Source of the DNA: an uncultured Alphaproteobacteria bacterium
GTDB lineage: Bacteria; Pseudomonadota; Alphaproteobacteria; Rhizobiales; Xanthobacteraceae
Assembly: GCA_963769365.1 (NCBI GenBank)
Contig: CAVYLU010000025.1
Location: 19,970 to 83,969, forward strand
Direction: 5' to 3'
DNA length: 64,000 bases
Shown one piece after another: positions 20,444 through 30,753 of the stretch (position 1 is the first letter of the stretch; every line of letters begins with the position of its first letter). The position numbers were made by a program, and so were the translations under genes. The notes beneath the pieces are model-generated. The model was not told the DNA's origin and did not search any database. It saw only the letters and a list, made by a program, of their open reading frames with translations.

Positions 20444-20961
20444 GTGACCATCTCAATGCACCAATCATCGGTCGGAGTTTTCGTGCCGTTCCTTGCCAAT
20501 TTGTCCGGCCTTTTGGATCGTGCGGCGGCCCATGCGGAGCTGCGAAAGATCGATCCCGCAATCCTGCTCAACATGCGGCTCTATCCGAACATGTACAATC
20601 TTACGCGGCAGGTCGGCGAGGCCAACCGTCACGCCGTCGTCGCTTGCGCGCTTCTCGCCGGCCGCGACGCCTGCGCCTTTTCCGAAGCCGAACCCGATAT
20701 CGCCGAGCTGAAGTCGCGCATCGCTGCTGCGGTCAAGTTCATTGAAGGCTTGCCGCGAGATGCGATCGACGGTGCCGCCGACCGTGAGGTCAGTTTCAGA
20801 TTTAGGAGCGGCATGGAACGAAGATTTACCGGGCGGTCGCTGCTGCTGACCTTCAGCGTGCCGCAGTTCTTTTTCACGTCACCACGGCTTACGACATCCT
20901 GCGGCACGCAGGCGTTGATCTCGCCAAGAAGGACTTTTTGGGAGCGCCGCGACAGGTTTGA
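20444..20961 (+). pseudogene. DUF1993-like gene with an apparent -1 frameshift near 20876
   Basis: The frame-1 product ends aberrantly (..FSVPQFFFTSPRLTTSCG..). From 20878 the next frame reads VTTAYDILRHAGVDLAKKDFLGAPRQV*, the expected family C-terminus. Confidence 0.6.
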
Positions 20962-21112
20962 GCGGCGGGCGGCTAGAACTAGAGCGGGATGAAATTAGGT
21001 TGGTGGCTGCGAGATGGGCCGCTTTTTCTCGTACCCCGGACGCGGCGCGGTAGCGGTGCGCTGCTGGGCCGGCGCCTTCTTTACCTTGCATGGGGTTGTT
21101 TTCGCAATTTTG

Positions 21113-21153
21113 GGTCCCGGCTCAGCGGTGCAGCGCCCGCCGCGTCCGGGACA
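21113..21153. repeat. REP-like hairpin
   Basis: gtcccgg (21114-21120) pairs with ccgggac (21146-21152) around gctcagcggtgcagcgcccgccgcg. The motif type recurs in Bradyrhizobiaceae intergenic regions. Confidence 0.45.
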
Positions 21154-21222
21154 CGAGACCGTTAATGCTTCGCGCTGCGACGAGGCGATTCAACTCCAAG
21201 CCATCATGCTCTCTAGGCGCCG

Positions 21223-21657
21223 TTATTTCTGAAGCACGAGGGCTGCGGTGCTTCGTCCGGCCATTTCGCTCTTGAGCTCTTCGAATCGCCGCCGAGCTTC
21301 GCTCTCGCGATCGTCCACCAGCCTGATCGCGGCATCTCTGGTGATCGGACCCGTGACGACAGCCACGGAATTTTCCCCGATCGTCTCATCGACGTAATAG
21401 GCGCCGTCGTCGGCGAGGCGAACCGACCATTTCAAGCGAATGGCCGCAATCGGGCCAGGCCCGATTTTCGAATAGCCGTCGGCCTCCTGCGGCACCGGGG
21501 TAACGGGGTTATCCTCGATGCCGGCCTTGTCTGTCTCGCGATGGGATTGCTGGTAATCAAAAATGCTCGCGATCGCCGCGAGCACGTGATTGGTTGGGTC
21601 ACTTTGACTCAAGATTTCATTCTCCCCTTGTTCGCGCGAAGCGGGGCGCGACGCCAC
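21223..21657 (-). CDS. hypothetical protein (144 aa)
   Basis: Clean ORF with coding-like composition; no motif recognised. Confidence 0.5.
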   Translation of the reverse strand: MASRPASREQGENEILSQSDPTNHVLAAIASIFDYQQSHRETDKAGIEDNPVTPVPQEADGYSKIGPGPIAAIRLKWSVRLADDGAYYVDETIGENSVAVVTGPITRDAAIRLVDDRESEARRRFEELKSEMAGRSTAALVLQK

Positions 21658-21709
21658 ATCTCGGCCCAGACTCCATTCGCTATCCCGAATGCGGCTGAGT
21701 TTTGGCTAT

Positions 21710-23134
21710 TTATGCGCAAACTGGCGGCAGTTTTTGCCGCCAGGGGCGCTCCTGCTCGAGCTGTCCCGCCAAACGAAACAACGCCGCCTCACCGCCAAAG
21801 CGCGCGGAAAACATCATGCCGAGCGGTAATCCCGCGCTATTCCATGCCAGCGGCATCGACATCGACGGCTGTCCCGACATATTGAACATGCTGGTTCCGG
21901 GCATGTAGCGCCGCAGGATCGGAGCGATGTGCGACAGATCCTCCGACATCGAATTGAGCTCGCCGATGCGCAGCGGCGGCAGGCAAAGCGTCGGACACAG
22001 GAACACGTCGCAGCTCTGGAAGAACGCGGCGAGGGCGCGGGAGATATTGAACGCGCCGAGCTGGGCCGCGACGTAATCGGTCGCACTTGTCTTTTTTGCG
22101 TTATGCGCGCTCGCGAGCGTCAGACACTCGAAATCCTTGTCGGTCATGGGGCGGCCGAAGCGTTGCTCGGCAACCCGCACATTCAGCGCGGTGTTGGCGC
22201 TGACGATGGTTGCCATCACCACCGCTGGATCGGCGGCGAGCGCCGGCGCGCGCTCCTCGACGTGATGACCGAGCTTCGCCAGCAGGTGGGCGACGTCGCG
22301 AACCGCCCCGGCAATCTCGCGATCGATGGCATCGCCATAAGGCGACTTGTCGGTAAAGGCGATGCGCAACTGTTCGGGATCGCGCCCGACTTCCTCCGCG
22401 TAAGGCCGCTCCGGCGGCGGCGCGACGTAAGGGCTCGACATTTCAGGCCCCTGGATCGCGTCCAGCATCACGGCGCTGTCGCGCACGCTTAGGCTGATCA
22501 CATGACCGGTGGAAAATCCGCTCCAGCCTTCGCCGCGATCGGGGCCGATCGGATTGCGCGCCCGCGTCGGCTTCAATCCAAACACGCCGGAGGCGGAGGC
22601 GGGAATCCGGATCGAGCCGCCGCCATCGCTGGCATGCGCGACCGGGAGAATGCGCGCGGCCACCGCCGCACCCGCACCGCCGGATGAACCACCGGAGGAA
22701 TGCGCGAGATTCCAGGGATTGCGGGTCGGACCGAACAGGCGCGGTTCCGTGGTCGGCATCAACCCGAATTCCGGAGTTGAGCTTTTTCCGAAGATGGCGA
22801 CGCCGGTAGCAAGAAAGCGCTGGGCCAGGGTGCCGGTATGATCGGCGACATTATCCTTGTAAATGCTTGCGCCCGATGTGGTCCGCGTTCCCTCAAGGAG
22901 TTCGAGGTCTTTCAGGAGGAACGGCACGCCGGTGAACGGACCGGCGGGAAGCCCGCTGTCGATCTGCCGCTCGGCATGGTCGTAGTGTTTCACGACCACC
23001 GCGTTGATGTCTCGGTCGACCTTCGCCGTGCGGGCGATCGCCTCGTGCAAAAGCTCGCGGGCGCTGACCTGTCTGTTGCGGACGAGATCGGCGAGGCCGA
23101 CCGCGTCATAGCTGCCATATTCCTTAAAGGCCAT
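21710..23134 (-). CDS. amidase (amidase-signature family)
   Basis: 474 aa. AS signature GGSSGGAGAAVAA...ASDGGGSIRIPAS. Confidence 0.9.
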   Translation of the reverse strand: MAFKEYGSYDAVGLADLVRNRQVSARELLHEAIARTAKVDRDINAVVVKHYDHAERQIDSGLPAGPFTGVPFLLKDLELLEGTRTTSGASIYKDNVADHTGTLAQRFLATGVAIFGKSSTPEFGLMPTTEPRLFGPTRNPWNLAHSSGGSSGGAGAAVAARILPVAHASDGGGSIRIPASASGVFGLKPTRARNPIGPDRGEGWSGFSTGHVISLSVRDSAVMLDAIQGPEMSSPYVAPPPERPYAEEVGRDPEQLRIAFTDKSPYGDAIDREIAGAVRDVAHLLAKLGHHVEERAPALAADPAVVMATIVSANTALNVRVAEQRFGRPMTDKDFECLTLASAHNAKKTSATDYVAAQLGAFNISRALAAFFQSCDVFLCPTLCLPPLRIGELNSMSEDLSHIAPILRRYMPGTSMFNMSGQPSMSMPLAWNSAGLPLGMMFSARFGGEAALFRLAGQLEQERPWRQKLPPVCA

Positions 23135-23203
23135 GATGATACCCGCTGACGTGAAACGTCGAAGCCGACTGTCGGCCGCTTTTTAAGGCTAGCACACCAG
23201 AAA

Positions 23204-24205
23204 TCAGCCGAGCACGTCTGGATTTATGACGTTCTGACGGATCGGTGCGCCGTCGAGCGCGCTCAGGATGTTGCGCGCGGTCTGCTCGCTCATGCGGTCG
23301 ACGGCTTCCCGCGTCACGCCCGCGACATGCGGCGCCATGATGACATTGGGGAGCGCGAACAGCGAATGACCCATCGCCGGTGGTTCCTGCTCGAAAACGT
23401 CAAGGCCTGCGCCGGCAAGCTGTCCCGACACCAGTGCCTCATGCAACGCTTTCTCCTCGACGATACCGCCGCGGGCGGTATTGATCAGATAGGCCGACGG
23501 CTTCATCTGCTTGAGACGCGCCGCGTTGAACATGGCCACCGTCTCCGCTGTCTTCGGGCAATGGATGCTGACGAAGTCGGCGCGCGGCAGCGCGGCATCG
23601 AGATCGCCGGCTGGTTCGCAGCCGGCCGCCGTGATTTCCGAGGCCACCTTGTAGGGATCGTAAATCAGGACGTTCATTTCCATGGCGAGGCAGCGCTTGG
23701 CAGTGCGTGTGCCGATGCGGCCGAAGCCCACGATCAGCACCGTCTTGCCGAACAGATCGAAGGGCAGTTTGCCGAGCCGGGACGCCCACTGACCTTGCTT
23801 GACGATGGAATGCATTTCGACCGCGCGCTTGGCGAGCATCAGCATCATGAACAGGGCTTGTTCGGCGACCGATGGAGAATTGGCGGTGCCGGCGACCATC
23901 AGCGGCACCTTGCGACGGGACAGCGCCGGCACGTCGACAGCGTCGTAGCCGACGCCGATCCGGGTCACGACCTTCATGTCCTGGGAGGCTTCGAGCTCGG
24001 TCTCGCCAAAACCGGTCGAGCCGAGCGCCACGCCGTGGACCGGCGCCTGCGCCTTCAGCATGGCCTCGAAATCCTTGGCCGAGATCATATTGGGGAATTC
24101 GATGAGTTCGATATCTTCCCGCTCGTTGAGGAGAGCGCGTCCCTGCTGCGACATCGATTCAGTGACGAGTATTTTCTTCTTGTTGGTCGCCATTTCCTGA
24201 CCCAT
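23204..24205 (-). CDS. D-isomer-specific 2-hydroxyacid dehydrogenase family protein
   Basis: NAD fold GFGRIGTRTAKR, catalytic region NTARGGIVEE...APHVAG. The start could be 24193. Confidence 0.85.
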   Translation of the reverse strand: MGQEMATNKKKILVTESMSQQGRALLNEREDIELIEFPNMISAKDFEAMLKAQAPVHGVALGSTGFGETELEASQDMKVVTRIGVGYDAVDVPALSRRKVPLMVAGTANSPSVAEQALFMMLMLAKRAVEMHSIVKQGQWASRLGKLPFDLFGKTVLIVGFGRIGTRTAKRCLAMEMNVLIYDPYKVASEITAAGCEPAGDLDAALPRADFVSIHCPKTAETVAMFNAARLKQMKPSAYLINTARGGIVEEKALHEALVSGQLAGAGLDVFEQEPPAMGHSLFALPNVIMAPHVAGVTREAVDRMSEQTARNILSALDGAPIRQNVINPDVLG

Positions 24206-24238
24206 TTCCTAACACTGGCGTTTTCTTTTCTGCGGTCG

Positions 24239-25339
24239 TCAAATGACGACGCCGGTCACCTCGTTTAGCAGGTGCATGTTATTGAGGTCTATGGCCAAGC
24301 GGAACGGGCCGCCATCGCGGGCGCCGGCGTTGGGATTGACCCGCCCGCAGACCTGGGTCCCATCCAGCGTAAAGTAAACCAGCGTCTCCATTCCCATCGG
24401 CTCGGTCACGTCAAGCACGGCATCGAAGCTCTCGACACCCGATTCCGGATGCGGCCTGGTTTCCGCGATATGCTCGGGCCGGATGCCCAGCAGCAATTTG
24501 TCGGTCCGCGCCACGCTCCGATATTGCGCCGCGCGCGCCGGCGGCAGTGGAAAGGCGATCCGGTCGTTGAGACGGATATCGAGCTTGCCGCCGGCATCCT
24601 CGAGCCGGCAGGGCAGGAAATTCATCGCCGGCGAGCCGATGAAGCCCGCCACGAAGCGTGTCTGCGGGTGGTGGTAGAGGTCGTTAGGCGTGCCGATCTG
24701 CTCGATGCGGCCTTTGTTCATCACCACGACGCGGTCGGCCAACGTCATCGCCTCGACCTGGTCGTGGGTCACGTAGACCGTGGTCGTGCGCACTTTCTGG
24801 TGCACCTTCTTGATTTCGATCCGCATCTGCACGCGGAGCTTGGCGTCGAGGTTGGAGAGCGGTTCATCGAACAGAAACACTTTCGGGTTGCGCACGATGG
24901 CGCGACCCATCGCCACGCGCTGGCGCTGGCCGCCGGAGAGTTGCTTCGGCTTGCGGTCGATCAAATCGGTGATGTCGAGCATACGCGCGGCCTCGGTCAC
25001 CCGGCTTTTGATCTCGGCCTTCGGATAGTGTTTCAGCCGCAAGCCGAACGACATGTTCTCCGCGACCGTCATATGCGGATAGAGCGCGTAGTTCTGGAAT
25101 ACCATCGCGATGTCGCGATCCTTCGGCGGAACGTCATTGACGACGTCACCGCCGATCATGATGTCCCCGTCGGTGATGTCCTCTAACCCTGCGATCATCC
25201 GCAGCGTCGTCGATTTGCCGCAACCGGACGGTCCGACAAGCACGACGAACTCATGATCGGCGATATCGAGATCGATGCCGCGCACCGCCTCGACCTCGTC
25301 GTAACGCTTGACAACCTTACGCAACGTAACGTCAGCCAT
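24239..25339 (-). CDS. sugar-type ABC transporter ATP-binding protein (MalK/UgpC-like)
   Basis: Walker [10 protein letters not shown], signature [14 protein letters not shown], Walker B FLFDEPLS, and a C-terminal TOBE-like domain. Confidence 0.9.
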   Translation of the reverse strand: MADVTLRKVVKRYDEVEAVRGIDLDIADHEFVVLVGPSGCGKSTTLRMIAGLEDITDGDIMIGGDVVNDVPPKDRDIAMVFQNYALYPHMTVAENMSFGLRLKHYPKAEIKSRVTEAARMLDITDLIDRKPKQLSGGQRQRVAMGRAIVRNPKVFLFDEPLSNLDAKLRVQMRIEIKKVHQKVRTTTVYVTHDQVEAMTLADRVVVMNKGRIEQIGTPNDLYHHPQTRFVAGFIGSPAMNFLPCRLEDAGGKLDIRLNDRIAFPLPPARAAQYRSVARTDKLLLGIRPEHIAETRPHPESGVESFDAVLDVTEPMGMETLVYFTLDGTQVCGRVNPNAGARDGGPFRLAIDLNNMHLLNEVTGVVI

Positions 25340-25345
25340 GAAATC

Positions 25346-26257
25346 TCAGCCCTTCGTCGCGCCGGCGGTCAGGCCGGCGATGTAATAGTCCATCAGGAAT
25401 GCGTAGATGATCAGCGGCGGGGCGGCACCGAGCAGCGCGCCGGTCATGATCTGTCCCCAGTTGAATACGTCGCCCTTGACCAGGGAGGTGATGATGCCGA
25501 CCGGCAGCACCAGCTGGTCGGTCGAGGTCGTGAACACCAGCGGGTAAAGGTACTGCGCCCAGGATACCGTGAAGGCAAAGATGGTCGCGGCAATCAGGCC
25601 GGGTAGCGCAACCGGGATGAAGATGCGCGTTAGCGTCTGGAACCAGGACGCGCCGTCGATGATGGCGGCCTCATCCAGCTCCTTCGGGATCGACGCAAAG
25701 TAACCGATCATGATCCAGGTGCAGAACGGCACCGTGAGCGTCGGGTAGATGAACAGCAGGACGTACCAGCGGTTGATCAGCTGGATTCCTGTCCAGTCGC
25801 CGATCACGGCGAACATCTTGAACAACGGCAAGAACAGCAGCGTATCCGGGATGAGATAGGTCAGGAATACGCCGGTCGCCAGCGTCGCCGAACCCCAGAA
25901 CCTCATCCGTGACAGCGCAAAGGCGGCAGGCACGCTTATCAGCATGGTGATGGTCACCACGAAAATCGAGACCAATGCCGAGTTCCGGAAGAAGATCAGG
26001 AACTGGTTCGACGTCAATAGTTCGATGTAGTTCGACAGCGTCGGATGGAACACCCACCAGGGGTTGGTCGCCGCCGAAATCTCCGCGCTGCTCTTGAGCG
26101 AGGTGATCAGCATATAGAGCGGCGGCACCAGCGAGAAGATCGCAAACAGCGTGAGAAAAAAGTATGACCATCGCAGCGCCCAGGTACGGTCGCGGCTCAT
26201 GCTGCCGTACTTGACGTTGCGCCTCGGCGCCCCCTTGTCGATCGCGATCGTGCTCAT
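25346..26257 (-). CDS. carbohydrate ABC transporter permease
   Basis: Six-TM protein with EAA-loop-like PKELDEAAIIDGAS. Confidence 0.85.
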   Translation of the reverse strand: MSTIAIDKGAPRRNVKYGSMSRDRTWALRWSYFFLTLFAIFSLVPPLYMLITSLKSSAEISAATNPWWVFHPTLSNYIELLTSNQFLIFFRNSALVSIFVVTITMLISVPAAFALSRMRFWGSATLATGVFLTYLIPDTLLFLPLFKMFAVIGDWTGIQLINRWYVLLFIYPTLTVPFCTWIMIGYFASIPKELDEAAIIDGASWFQTLTRIFIPVALPGLIAATIFAFTVSWAQYLYPLVFTTSTDQLVLPVGIITSLVKGDVFNWGQIMTGALLGAAPPLIIYAFLMDYYIAGLTAGATKG

Positions 26258-27195
26258 CAGGCTTCATTCCCGCGTTTGTTGACGTCGCGCAGGATGAAGA
26301 TCGCCGCGATCGCAAGGATCGGCACCATGAATAGCGAGACGCTGGCGCCGAGCGGGATATCGCTGCCCTCGATACCGACGCGAAACGCCCAGGTGGCGAA
26401 GATATGGGTGTGGTCGAGCGGGCCGCCGGCGGTCAGGATTTGGGTGATATCAAAATTCGCGAAGGTGACGATCAGCGAGAACAAGGTCGTGATCGCGATG
26501 ATGTTGCGCATCATCGGCAGCGTAACGTACCAGATGCGCTGCCACCAGTTGGCGCCGTCGATCGCGGCGGCCTCGTAGAGCTGCTCCGGCACCGATTTCA
26601 GCGACGCCAGGTACAAAATCATGAAGAAGGGCGCGCCAAACCAGATGTTGACCAGAATGATGGTAAAACGGGCCCAGTTGGGTTCGCCAGTCCAGGGGAT
26701 CGGTCCGATGCCGAAAAACGAAAGGGTGTAGTTGAAGGCACTGTAGGAAGGGTCGAACAGCCACAGCCATGCCAGCGTGCTCATCGCCGGCGGAATCACC
26801 CAGGGCACCAGCAGCATGCCGCGCCATTTGCGCTGGCCCTTGGCGGGGATGTTGTGAACGAAATGGGCGACGATGAAGCCGATCAGCGCCTTGAAGATGA
26901 CGGCGGTGATCGCAAAAATACAGGATTGCTTCACCACCAGCCAGAACGTCTCGCGCTTGAACAGGAATTCGAAATTGCCCAGCCCCACAAACTTCGACAT
27001 CGACTTGTTGAGTGTCGCCAGATGCAGCGAATAGAACGCGGGATAGAGGACGAGGATCGAAATCAGCAGGATCAGCGGCAGCGTCATCAGAAATGCCGTG
27101 GTCGATTTGCGCCTGAGCGAGGCCCTTAGACTGGAGCGCTTGCGTGGGCTCGCCTCGCGGACAAGGTTGCCTTGCTGAAATGCGACGTCGACCAT
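26257..27195 (-). CDS. carbohydrate ABC transporter permease
   Basis: ATG at 27195 (MVDVAFQQ...). EAA loop PEQLYEAAAIDGANWWQR. Confidence 0.85.
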   Translation of the reverse strand: MVDVAFQQGNLVREASPRKRSSLRASLRRKSTTAFLMTLPLILLISILVLYPAFYSLHLATLNKSMSKFVGLGNFEFLFKRETFWLVVKQSCIFAITAVIFKALIGFIVAHFVHNIPAKGQRKWRGMLLVPWVIPPAMSTLAWLWLFDPSYSAFNYTLSFFGIGPIPWTGEPNWARFTIILVNIWFGAPFFMILYLASLKSVPEQLYEAAAIDGANWWQRIWYVTLPMMRNIIAITTLFSLIVTFANFDITQILTAGGPLDHTHIFATWAFRVGIEGSDIPLGASVSLFMVPILAIAAIFILRDVNKRGNEA

Positions 27196-27338
27196 GATGC
27201 ATGTCCCTCTCGATATCCCTCTTGGGATAATTCGTCCGCGAAGCCGGCAAATGCCGGCTTCGCGGTCAGGTGTATGCCGAAGCGGATACGCCGGGTCTCC
27301 CGCGAGCAAGCGGGCTCAAGGCGCAATCCCCCAAAGCC

Positions 27339-28679
27339 TCAGGTCCGCATGAAGCCTTCACACTCGCCTTCCGCCCACGCCAGCGTCTGCTCCATCGATT
27401 CGCCCTGGTAGTAACGCAGGCACATCTTGGTCAGCGTCGCCTGTGCGTAGATTTGCTGGGCGATCTTGGGCGGCGCAGGCGACGTAGCGATCGACAGCGT
27501 CTGGTGCTTATAGGGGTCCGGGTAGCTGAAGAGCGTGCCCTTCGGCGGCCCTTCCTCCTGCCACACCTTCAGCGTCGTCAGTTTCTCGAACGACGGCAGG
27601 TCATATCCGCCGCTGGCGACAACCAGCTTTTCGATCGAGGACGGCTTCGACAGATGCACGAGCAGGCTCTTGGCGGATTCCTTGTTCTTGGAGAAATTCC
27701 AGACACTCCAGAAGAAAGGCAGGAACGGCGCGAAACGACCCTTCGGCCCGGACGGGAAGCCATGGGTCCAGCATTGCTCGGCGACCTGCGGTGCGTCGCG
27801 CTTGGCAACCGCCCAGGCGCTCGGCGGATTCATGATCAGCGCGCCCTTGCCGGACACCAGCCACTTGTTGTTGGAAGCGTCGTCCCATGCAGCAACGTCC
27901 GGCGGCAGGAAGGCGATCAGCTTCTTGTAATAGTCCAGCGCCTGGCGCACCGCGTCGGTCTTGACCGTCAGGTTGCCCTTGGCATCGACGAGCTGTGCGC
28001 CGTATGACTGGAAGATCGCGCCGCAGGTATCGACGCTGTCGGTGGTCTCACCGAGCCCGATGCCGAAGGGGAATCCGCCCTTCTGGCAGGCTTCCGCCGC
28101 CTTCAGGAAGGTATCCAGCGTCCAATTGTCTGCCTTGGGCGGCGAGCCTGCCGGATACATTTCCTGCACGTCGATCCCGGCGTACTTCTTCATCAGGTCG
28201 ATGCGGGAGCAGGGACCCTTGATCTGGCTCCCGATCGTGGCGGGAACGCCGAGCCACTTGCCTTCGGATTGGCCGAGATATTTGACGGTGCCGTTCACCT
28301 CGCCATTCTCGGCGATGATCGGGCCCATAATGTCGTTGACGGGCTCGAGCAGTTCCGAGTTGGCATGCGCCCACCATGTCGGAATCGCAAGGATGTCGTG
28401 ACCGGACTTGGCCTGGGCTTCCGCGGCAATCGTCAGCAGGTTCTTGTTGCCCTGGCTCGTGATGTAGTCGATCGAAACCTCGACCTTCTCCTTCTCGGCC
28501 CACTCATTGACGAGATCGGTCGAGGCCTTGTTGGCGCCGGGAACCCAGTGATCCCAAAAGCCCATCGTCAGCTTGCCGGCCGCGTGGGCGGTTCGAACGT
28601 AGGGCGCTGTGATCAGCGCTGCGGACGACAGGGCGGTGGCGGCTACGAATTGTCGGCGAGTGAGCTTTCTCCGTGACAT
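27339..28679 (-). CDS. ABC transporter extracellular solute-binding protein (family 1) with a Tat-type signal
   Basis: ATG at 28679 follows GAGGAA. MSRRKLTRRQFVAATALSSAALITAPYVRTAHA. Confidence 0.85.
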   Translation of the reverse strand: MSRRKLTRRQFVAATALSSAALITAPYVRTAHAAGKLTMGFWDHWVPGANKASTDLVNEWAEKEKVEVSIDYITSQGNKNLLTIAAEAQAKSGHDILAIPTWWAHANSELLEPVNDIMGPIIAENGEVNGTVKYLGQSEGKWLGVPATIGSQIKGPCSRIDLMKKYAGIDVQEMYPAGSPPKADNWTLDTFLKAAEACQKGGFPFGIGLGETTDSVDTCGAIFQSYGAQLVDAKGNLTVKTDAVRQALDYYKKLIAFLPPDVAAWDDASNNKWLVSGKGALIMNPPSAWAVAKRDAPQVAEQCWTHGFPSGPKGRFAPFLPFFWSVWNFSKNKESAKSLLVHLSKPSSIEKLVVASGGYDLPSFEKLTTLKVWQEEGPPKGTLFSYPDPYKHQTLSIATSPAPPKIAQQIYAQATLTKMCLRYYQGESMEQTLAWAEGECEGFMRT

Positions 28680-29172
28680 GGCGTTTCCTCTTTTATGAGC
28701 CAAGATTTTGCTTGGTATTTTTCAGCCTCCGCTTGGGCTCACGCCGATTGCGCGCACGCGTGCGAGCCCTGCGGGGATATCGTTGTGTGATCAGAGCAGA
28801 ATTGATAGCTTCTGTCGAGAAATCAGGTGGGTAGGCTCCTAGAACTAACGTTTACAAAAACGGCCTGCGGCAAATTTTCGCGCGCAATAGACGATCTGGA
28901 CGTGTGCCGATATTGCGCCGCACACGTTGATCTTCCGGCGCCGCGGTCGGGCGGTTGCGCAATCCCGCCGCAGTCCGCGCGCAATTTGCGTTGCAATTTG
29001 CGTGAAAGGGTTCGTGTCACAAGCTTTTCTTGAGCTTTTTTGATCCTGGACGAAACCGCGCCGCGGTAGACGTGGCTCACGTCGAAACGCTAAAGTCACG
29101 ACTCGCCAGCACGCTGCAGCCCGCCAGAAAACTTCCATTCCAAACAATCAGACCGACCACGGAGATTAAATT

Positions 29173-29895
29173 ATGAGCAGCCCGACACCGACAGCGCGAG
29201 CGAGATTGCGTTTTGCGCTTGGGGCCGTGGTTGCGATGCTGCTTGGCGCACCTGCGATGGTCGACGCCCAAGTGGTCCAGGGCGTAGAGAAAGGGGCCCG
29301 CGAAGGCAACAAGGCCGCGGGCCCGGTCGGTGGCGTCCTGGGAGGCGCGATCGGCGGCGTCGTCGGCGTGGTCACCGGCGTGACGGGGGTCCTCACCGGA
29401 AAGGGTGGACAGCAGGCGCCAGCGCCCAACGACGCCAAGAAGGAGAGCAAGGACAACACGAAGGCGGCTAAGACACCCAAGGGAACGAAAGTCGCCAAAC
29501 AAACGCCGGCGGTGCTCACCCAGCAGGGCACGCCGGCGCTGACCGCCGAGCAGATCGTCACCAACAGCGATGCCAATATCGACCGGATCAAGGCCGAATT
29601 AAATCTGACGCCCGAACAGGAAAAGAACTGGCCCGCTTTCTCGAGCGCGATGCATTACCTCGGCCACAATGGCGCCGACCGCCTCAACTTGCGAATTGCT
29701 CGTGCCAAGCGCGACCCGCCGGACGACATCATCGAGCAGATGCGCAACGAGGCTCAATTCCTCAACGACCGCGCCATCGATCAACGCAGCGTCGCCGACG
29801 CGGCCGAGCCGCTGTACTCGAGCCTCGACGACAAGCAGAAACAAATGTTCATCGAGGAAATGGTGCGCTTGAGCCACGAGCGCGGACTCGACTAA
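29173..29895 (+). CDS. periplasmic protein with a glycine-zipper segment and a Spy/CpxP-like helical C-domain
   Basis: Signal peptide, GGVLGGAIGGVVGVVTGVTGV, a Lys-rich linker, then LTPEQEKNWPAF...LDDKQKQMFIEEM, which resembles LTxxQ motifs. Confidence 0.6.
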   Translation: MSSPTPTARARLRFALGAVVAMLLGAPAMVDAQVVQGVEKGAREGNKAAGPVGGVLGGAIGGVVGVVTGVTGVLTGKGGQQAPAPNDAKKESKDNTKAAKTPKGTKVAKQTPAVLTQQGTPALTAEQIVTNSDANIDRIKAELNLTPEQEKNWPAFSSAMHYLGHNGADRLNLRIARAKRDPPDDIIEQMRNEAQFLNDRAIDQRSVADAAEPLYSSLDDKQKQMFIEEMVRLSHERGLD

Positions 29896-30276
29896 GGCGT
29901 TCTCCGCTGCAGTGGAACCATGATCGCCTATCCCATGGCCTCGTGGCTCGAGACGCGCGCAGCCAAGTTTGCGCAGGCCGGGCATACCTGCCTGCATGCC
30001 GCGCAGCGCCAAGGCGCCGGCGGCGAATAGCCGGGCACCCGTGCCCTGGGGTAGGTTGAAGGGCAGAGACCCGGCTATCCTGCCGCAGCGGCGCGGCTCT
30101 TTCATTCGTCACGCAATGATGAAGAAAAACCGGCCGACTCACGCCCGAGTGATGGCTCTCTCGCGGCCTTGTCGGGAACTCGTGCAAAACGTGTGCTCGT
30201 TGAACAGGCGAAAATCGACCAACGACGCGATGGCCGATTTGCCGCCACCAAACAGCTGAGATCGGGCCCGATCCAC

Positions 30277-30352
30277 GTCTTGGCGTCGAAGTCTTGGCGT
30301 CGAAGTCTTGGTGTCTCGGTCTTGGCTTTCTCGCGTTCAGGTCTTGGCGAAA
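30277..30352. repeat. 14-bp tandem repeat array (gtcttggcgtcgaa-like, about 5 units)
   Basis: Units begin at 30277, 30291, 30305, 30319 and 30341. The last unit overlaps the stop and final codons (..AKT*) of the VOC gene on the minus strand. Confidence 0.7.
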
Positions 30353-30738
30353 TTCAATTCAACTCCAACGCCATCGGGATCGTAGAGGAAGAATTGGGTG
30401 TCGCCTGTGCGCGGCACGGTGCTCTCGCGGAATTTGACATTCTTCGACTGTAGCCGCTTGCGCATGCCTTCGACGTCGGTGGCGGCAAAGGCGATATGGT
30501 CGAAGCGGCCGGTGTCAGCGTATTTCTTCTCGGTGCCGCGCACCACAATGCCTTCACGCGGCTTGCGCGTGCCCATCAGGTGCACTGTGGCGGTGCCGCC
30601 CGAATAGAGCCAGTAGCCGGGAAAATCGAGCGGCGGCCGGTCGCCGACCTCCAGTCCAAGCACGTCGACATAGAAACTCTTGGTGCGCTCGAGATCCTGG
30701 GGTTCGATGGTGTAGTGCTGCAGTCCGCCAAGTGGCAT
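30337..30738 (-). CDS. VOC family protein (glyoxalase/extradiol dioxygenase fold)
   Basis: 133 aa; LQHYTIEPQDLERTKSFYVDVLGL..., HIAFAATDVEGM..., LYDPDGVGVELNF. Confidence 0.8.
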   Translation of the reverse strand: MPLGGLQHYTIEPQDLERTKSFYVDVLGLEVGDRPPLDFPGYWLYSGGTATVHLMGTRKPREGIVVRGTEKKYADTGRFDHIAFAATDVEGMRKRLQSKNVKFRESTVPRTGDTQFFLYDPDGVGVELNFAKT

Positions 30739-30753
30739 GGTTGTTCTCCTTGA

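Noticed and set aside
23327-25186. Plus-strand ORFs of 313 and 304 aa
   Set aside because: Antisense to the dehydrogenase and ABC ATPase genes, both of which have canonical motifs.
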